Shown one piece after another: positions 56,400 through 64,000 of a stretch of DNA of 64,000 nt. Position 1 is the stretch's first letter. Each line of letters starts with the position of its first letter. Under the pieces are notes generated by a model. That model was not told the origin of the DNA and made no database searches. It was given only the letters and a program-made list of their open reading frames with translations. Source of the DNA: Eledone cirrhosa (lineage: Eukaryota); NCBI GenBank assembly GCA_964016885.1, contig OZ024750.1, positions 4,030,001 through 4,094,000 on the forward strand, written 5' to 3'. The position numbers and the translations under genes are program-made.

Positions 56400-57330
56400 C
56401 ACTTGTTAATCATCTTAGAAAACCTTGTCTCCTTCAAAATAATAACCAGTTGTATCTACACACCTGCTCAGGTGTCTTTCGCCACTCCTGGAAGACCTCC
56501 TCCCAGTCCTTCTTCTGCAGTCTCATCTGGAAATTCCCTGATGTCCCCTTCAGCTCCTGTGTTGACTCAAATCTGATTCCCCTTAGGCTGTCTTTCATGT
56601 GTGGGAACAGAAATAAATCACAAGGAGCCAAGTCGGGGCTGTAGGGTGGTTGTTGTACCACTTTCATTCCCCGTTGGTCACAGTATTGACTTGTGGCCTC
56701 TTCTTCCTCATCCCTCTCCGTAAATCTTTTTTCAGATCTTCAAGGTAATACTCCTTATTGAGAGTTTGACCCTCAGGAACCCATTCAATGCTCATTAGGC
56801 CCCTGGATGGTCAAATAAAAGAATGACCATGATCTTCACTTGTGATCTGCTCATCTTTGTCTTCTTGGGCCTGGAGGAGGGCACATGCTTCCACTGGCAC
56901 TCTGAGGCCCAACTCTCACCACAAGTATGGAAGCCAGAATCAGCCTTTATCATATTGAGTATTCTAGTGCAATATTCCATATAAAACTGCCTCTGATCAT
57001 CAGAGTATCTTTGGCACAAACTTGGTAGACTTAGTGAAGCCTCAGATCTTTGGTCAGAATTGTCTCCAAATGTGCCAATACAACAGCTTCAGATATCCTC
57101 CTTACAATGGCTCGATGGTCTTGCTTCACTCACCTTCGTATTTCCTCCCTTTGTGCACTGTTCAGTGCTCCAGATTTACATTCATCCTCAACCTATTCAT
57201 TTCCATTCAGAAATCATTTAAAACCATCTGTAGAAACTTGTTTTGTTCATCAATCAAGCCCTACAGGCCTGCCAACTCATGGTAGCAGAATATTAAGTCC
57301 CTAAAACTTCCATTTGCCCTGCTGTATCTT
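56400..57330 (-). pseudogene. Decayed mariner transposase
   Basis: PPYSPDLAPCDLFLFPHMKDSLRGIRF (mariner YSPDLAP motif) and a TCGESW (TGDESW-like) segment in broken frames. Confidence 0.88.
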
Positions 57331-58407
57331 TCAGTCAGGATGATTTTAGTAAATTGGTCTATGATTTTGTGGAGGCATGTGACCTAGTGGCAAAGGTGAC
57401 TTATGATCATGTCATGGCTTCATTTCCTGAACTGGGTTGTGTGATGTGTTTCTTGAGCATAACACCTCACTTCATGTACTAGAATACTCAGCTGAAAATG
57501 AGTACCAGTAATAGCTGGGGAAGTCTTGTACTCTGTCACTTCCCAGCACAGAAACCAGGATAAGCCTACATGCTCAAGACAGACTTTAGACTATGATTTT
57601 CTCATCCTGGTGTTGCAGTTACTGAGGAATTCAATAATGAAAATTTTTTCTTGTATAACTGGTGCTATACAAGTCTTCAAGTACATATTAGATACATTGC
57701 TGAGATAACCCTCCTGTTGCTCTTGTTAGAACATAAGACCTCTCAGTAGAACATAACACTGTCTGTAATGCGAGATGGGAAGTCAGTAGCCCCACTTCAG
57801 TACTGACTTGGTCAACGTAAACCCATCCAACACTTGCTAACAGGGAAAACATAAAATGATTGATAATGTTAATATAATAATCATCATCAACATATAATAT
57901 ATACATATATATGTGGTTCTGCTGTATGCTGTAGCATGTGTTGTCTTGCAAGACCATGCATTAGCACCAGGAAAGTCACGCTCTAGCTGTGTTGAAAGAG
58001 AGTGTGTGTGCACATAAGTGAATATATTTGTGCACATGCATGTGTGCATATTCACAAATATAAATGCATATCCTTATTGAAACTAAATAACTCACACAAA
58101 CTGTTTTTATTGTTAACACTGTAAGGTGGTTGCTTGGTAAGAGGACAAAAAAGTGCTCAGTTCCACCCTGTAAGGTGGTCACTTTGGTGACATGATAAAA
58201 GAACCCACTCCAGCCTGTAAGGTGATAGTGCTGGTGCCATGACAAAATCACCCAGTCCATATTGTGACATGGTTGGTGTTAGTAGGTCATCCATCCGTAG
58301 AAACCAAGTCAAAATACAGATCCGAAAGAGCAAAGAAGACATGTTCTCCATAACGTGACAAACCCATCTACCCATGCAATGTAAGCGTGGTGGAAAATGG
58401 ACATTAA

Positions 58408-58619
58408 CCCTTTAGCATTTAAATCGGCCATATCCGGCCAGAATTCTCTCACCTCTTTCTGTCCATAATGGTCATAACCAGCGACTCATACCGGTATTAT
58501 TCTCGAAATAAATAATATGAAAATCTCATAGATTCGATATTATGTGAGATAATTATGTAAGGTAAAGTCTTTACTGTGTAATACAATAGTATATATAGAG
58601 TAATGTAAATGCTAAAGGG
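58408..58619 (-). mobile_element. piggyBac-type MITE inserted in the tail of an S3 element
   Basis: TTAA TSDs at 58404-58407 and 58620-58623 split GGACATTAA|ATGACGATGATG. Confidence 0.88.
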
Positions 58620-58887
58620 TTAAATGACGATGATGATGATGATGATGATGATTCAGAAAAATTAAAAAAATGCAACAATCAACAATCTACAGAAGTTAAC
58701 AAAGAAGAAGAAGAAGAGAAAGTAACACCAGCACAATTAATATATTTATTCCAGTTGAAAACTATTCAGATTATCAAGGAGGAACATAGTCAATATGTTG
58801 GTTGGAGTTTTAATGATATATATCAGCAGCATATTGTTTGTTGTTCAGTAACTCAAGCTACTGAAGCAGTTTAGATGAAGGACTGCA

Positions 58888-59087
58888 NNNNNNNNNNNNN
58901 NNNNNNNNNNNNNNNNNNNNNNNNNNNNNNNNNNNNNNNNNNNNNNNNNNNNNNNNNNNNNNNNNNNNNNNNNNNNNNNNNNNNNNNNNNNNNNNNNNNN
59001 NNNNNNNNNNNNNNNNNNNNNNNNNNNNNNNNNNNNNNNNNNNNNNNNNNNNNNNNNNNNNNNNNNNNNNNNNNNNNNNNNNNNNNN
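58888..59087. other. Assembly gap (200 N)
   Basis: Run of N followed by ~850 bp of noisy (TA)n. Confidence 1.
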
Positions 59088-59147
59088 ATATATATATATA
59101 TATAATATATATTATAATATATATATATATTATAATATATATATATA

Positions 59148-59179
<32 letters not shown>

Positions 59180-59181
59180 AT

Positions 59182-59233
<52 letters not shown>

Positions 59234-59278
59234 ATATATATATATATAATATATAAATTTATATATATAATATAAATA

Positions 59279-59328
<50 letters not shown>

Positions 59329-59341
59329 TATTATATAATTA

Positions 59342-59431
<90 letters not shown>

Positions 59432-59468
59432 ATATATATAATATATATATATATAATATATATATATA

Positions 59469-59500
<32 letters not shown>

Positions 59501-59602
59501 AATATATATATATAATATATATATATAATATATATATATAATATATATATATATATATAATATATATATATATATTATATATATATAATATATATATAAT
59601 AT

Positions 59603-59676
<74 letters not shown>

Positions 59677-59771
59677 ATATATATAATATATAATATATAT
59701 ATATATATATTATATATATATATATATATATAATATTATATATAATATATATATATATATATATAATATAT

Positions 59772-59851
<80 letters not shown>

Positions 59852-62800
59852 TATATATATATATATTTATATACTATATATAATATATATTTATATATAT
59901 ATATTTATATATATATAATATTTATATATATATATATATACAGGATAGTTTTTGATCAAACAATCAAGAGAAGACCTCAGTATATTTCAAATGTAATGTA
60001 CAAATTTATTAAAGTTGATTCTGATTTCAGATGATACACACATATTTACATCTATATTAATCTCTCATTCTCTCTTTCTATATATATATATATATATAAA
60101 CATGAAGCACAAGCCAACAAGTTATAGTTAAACCTTTTTGTTCATAATTTCTGTTATATATATTTCGGTGATAATCATTAAGCAATAGCTATGACCTCAT
60201 CAGATAGCTAGAAGTTGAACAGAAAAAACAGAAAACCATAAAGATGAATAAAGCTTTAGTTTCTGTTGTTTCGGTTCATTGATATGCTTAGGCTGAAATT
60301 TGATGTTGCTTTCTCAAGGCTCTATATGATTTAGAATAAACAAACTTACAGCACCAGTAGAAGTGACACCTTCCTATTGGTCAGATTTAGCCTCACTACT
60401 CCATAAACAAGTCTATTGAATTACCTAGTGGGAATTCATTGTCTGAGATTTGCTTTAATGGTGCCACTAAGGAATAGAATAGCTTTGTTGGCAGAACTTT
60501 TAAATCACGAGACTAAACGCAGTGTGGTATTCATTCCAGCTAGCTCTTTATGTTCTGAGTTCAAATCCTATCCAAGGTTTATTTTATTTTTCATTCTTTC
60601 AAGTTCAATAGAATAAAGTACCAGTTATTTACTAGGGACAATTTAATTGATTAAACCTTCCCTCCAAATATCTGGCCTTGTGCTAATGTTAGAAGCAGTT
60701 ATTATTACTGTTACTATTATTATTACTATTATTATTATTATTATTATTATTATTTCCATTATTATTATTATATTATTGTGATTATTAAGAGTGGTAGATT
60801 GGTAGTATCGGTAGAGCGTCGGACAACATGCTTTGTGACATAAAGTTACACCCCTTTATGTTCTGAGTTCAAATCCTGCTGAGGTTAACTTTGCCTTTCA
60901 TCCTTATGAGGTCGATAAAATAAAGTAATACACTGAGATCGATTTAATTTAAAATGTTTCAGTTTTTCAGAGGTTTTTAACCCTTTAGCCTTTACATTAC
61001 TCTATATTTACTATTGTATTTTCACAGTAAAGGCTTTATCTCACATAATATCGAATCTATGAGATTTTGATATTATTTCTTTTGAGAACAATACCTTAAC
61101 ATCACCATGAGCAGCCTGTTACAGCCGATTTGAACAGAAAGGGGTGAGAGAATTTTGGCCAGATATGGCCAGTTTAGATGCTAAGGGGTTAAAATAATGT
61201 GTTTTAGTTTAGGATCCAAACAAACACTAATAAAAGTGAATAAAATAGCTTTTTGAAAAAACAAAGTGAAGCAACTGAATCCCTAATCAGCACCCTAATT
61301 AATTAGTCGTTTAATATTACAGAGTGATTTATGATATTTCAGAACAAGGAATTATGAAGATGATATTTATGAGAAAAAAAAAAAAAAATGCCTTTGATGA
61401 ACTTAGTAAAATAAATGAAAAAAAAAAAAAAAAAAATGGATTAAATGGATCTGAGTTGTTGAGATATTAGTAAAGAAACGATTGCAAAACAGACAAGTTA
61501 ATGGAAAGCTGGAGGTTCAACATGCTGAGAAAAACAGCCATTTTGATACAGCAGACATATGCAATATTTACAAAACTAGCCATAAAATTGTTAAATAATG
61601 AAAGAAAAAACATACAAACAAATACACAAACATTAGTATGAAATGGAAAACTCACAAACAAAATGCTAACAAAATTAAAATTACTTTTAAACACTTTTTA
61701 CATTAATCAAAAGTCAAGACTATTTACTAAGACCGTGTTGTATTTCACAATTCTCTTTTCAACTCTGGTTTTATTTCATTGGTCTATATAGTCTTAGTCA
61801 TTTTTACCAATCTTCTCTGTTCTCTCACCAACTGTATCTGTTCCTAACTTATGCTAACCTTTCTCTAAACTAAGTGAACTTATGCCAGTGTTTAACTTCA
61901 GTTACAATTACTAACAATAATTTCTTATATAAATATGAACTACTATATCTGGTCTTCTATGTTAGCACAAATTATACTGACAGACCAAACTCATCATACT
62001 TCACAACATACAAAACTAAATGTGATAATGTAATACAACCTGATAAGATTATCCTAACAGGTTTTCCCAAACGTTTTCAAATGTGGAACCATTTTTGATT
62101 CAGAAACTTTTTGGAGAACCCCAAAGTCTAATACTGTAATATGGTTGTAATATAAATATACTTCTCTACTGTTATATGGTTGTAATATAAATATATTCTT
62201 TTATTTTTTCCACAGAACCCCAGGGTTCTGTGGAACCTACTTTAGGAACTACTGTTCTAACGAAATAGCCACAATCAATCATATGAAGAGAAGTTCCAAG
62301 GAAAAAAAGAAAAACCAGATGTATTTTGTATATTTGAATAAAGACATTTCATTGAGAATTTCTATGTCATGTAATAATTACCAAACTTGAACTTAATGAA
62401 ACTATTTAACAGCAGGAATGGTAATGTCTTGGATAGAATTACTTCTCATTGTAGATAGACAATGCACTAAAAAGTAATACACTCTCACACCAAAACAGAC
62501 ATATATTTAGAACTACTACTACTACTACTACTACTACTACAACTACTACTACAACAACTACTACTACTACTGTTTGAAAGTAAATGTCTCTGGTTGTTGT
62601 GTATTTATGCTTATAAGCAGAAGATTAATAACCGTTCACTGAAATATTAATTAGAATGATTAAAATACAATCTTTACAATAGTCATTTTAGTATGTAGCA
62701 GCAAAACTACTATGTAGTGTATTAGTAGATGGTTAAAAAATATAAAAATATAAAAAATATAAAAAACAATAGGATCAGGATTGTGATTTATTCTAAACAC

Positions 62801-63163
62801 ATCTTATTGATTTCTTATAAAAAAAAGCAAAAACCCAGGACAAATGACAACAGATCAATATGGAGATCAAAGATCAAACACTTCAAATTTATATAATTTT
62901 TGTTCAAAATTTGAGAAAATAATTTGAGAAATAAACAAAAAACAAACAAACAACCCCCCACAAAAAAAAACCCAAACCAAAAAACCATGCATACAAACAC
63001 AGGTGTATCAAAAAACATGGAGAAAGTAGACCAACACACAACAATGTTACATATTTACAAATATTAATTTACCATAATTTTAATTTATCGATTTTTTTTT
63101 TTAAATTATGAAAAAAGAAAAAATATAAGTGTGGTGTGGGGGGTTATGAAAAGTTTATTTTAC

Positions 63164-63283
63164 CTTTGCAATGAGTACCATTTCCATGAAATCCAGACTT
63201 ACACTGGCAGATGTATCTTGTTGTGAGATTTACACAAGTTGCATTGACATGACAATTATGGTCTAATGCACAAAAATTGGTTC
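63164..63283 (-). CDS. EGF-like domain exon, probably NELL-like secreted protein
   Basis: Minus strand ttttacAG acceptor and G|GTAAAA donor; 120 nt, phase 1-1. (G)TNFCALDHNCHVNATCVNLTTRYICQCKSGFHGNGTHCK has six-Cys EGF spacing with CxCxxGFxGNG. The GxxFC...HNC start resembles the first EGF of NELL1/2; family assignment is tentative. Confidence 0.85.
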
Positions 63284-64000
63284 CTGTAAAAACAAAAAAT
63301 GGTAAACAGTTAAGATTATTTTTTGAAACATTGTTTATGATATATTCCTTTATACAGGATTATTTTCTCTTTAACCCTTTAGCATTTGCATTACTCCATA
63401 TTTAATATTGTATTTTTGTGGTAAAGGCTTTACCTCACATAATTATCTCAAATAATATTGAACCTATGGGATTTTGATATTATTTATTTTGAGAACAATA
63501 CTTTAACATAAGTATGAGCAGCCGGTTATGGCCGATTTGAACAGAAAGAGGTGAGAGAATTCTGGCCGGATACAGCCGGTTTAAATATATAGTATAATTA
63601 CTCCAAGAGCAGTAATAGGTGGAATAGTAACCAATGACATAACTCCAAACACTACAGAGTGTCATCTATACACATTTTCCTTATTTTGACGGTAAGGTGT
63701 GACATAGAGGAGATTTTACAGCTATTTCTAGCAACTGTGTCATGAAAGAAAAGTTTTATAATCAAGGGTAATATTCCAACAACTTCGTTATCACTATTTT
63801 TCACATTTAATGTCCCATTTGTATTACTGTAGTACTCTAAAAAAAGAAAACCACTATTTTCTACACTTTCCACAGTGCTTCAACAATCTACAACATTCAC
63901 CGATACACACATATACACAATGTGTACATTGGTTGTAATACTTTATGAGAAATCACACTAAAAGTTTCAAAATACTTACCATTACATATTGGGCAGCATT

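Noticed and set aside
59088-59940. Irregular AT-only tract as a structured element
   Set aside because: Adjacent to the gap; the pattern fits indel-rich low-quality (TA)n sequence.

Overview
AT-rich, microsatellite-dense eukaryotic DNA. The repeat complement (tRNA-derived SINEs, RTE/CR1 remnants, long (TA)n tracts) resembles an octopod cephalopod genome; this is an inference. Almost all listed ORFs are microsatellite artefacts. Real coding content: (1) five spliced + strand exons (28002-48447) of a BNIP3/NIX-family mitophagy receptor, whose first coding exon I could not place; (2) one - strand EGF-like exon (63164-63283) resembling NELL-type proteins; (3) decayed mariner and LINE fragments. 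A 200-N gap lies at 58888-59087. The most unusual signal is a dispersed set of short elements sitting in (TA)n tracts. They carry hammerhead-ribozyme-like cores (CTGANGA-stem II-GAAA-stem III-NUH), including minimal/dimer-type and variant cores. Several have been converted into long palindromes centred on the ribozyme itself, and they share a TAT(T/C)GAGTAC motif downstream. They look like a diverse Penelope/retrozyme-like system. A forkhead/HRE motif cluster at 13.2-15.2 kb is a candidate BNIP3 control region. All coordinates and pairings were read by eye.
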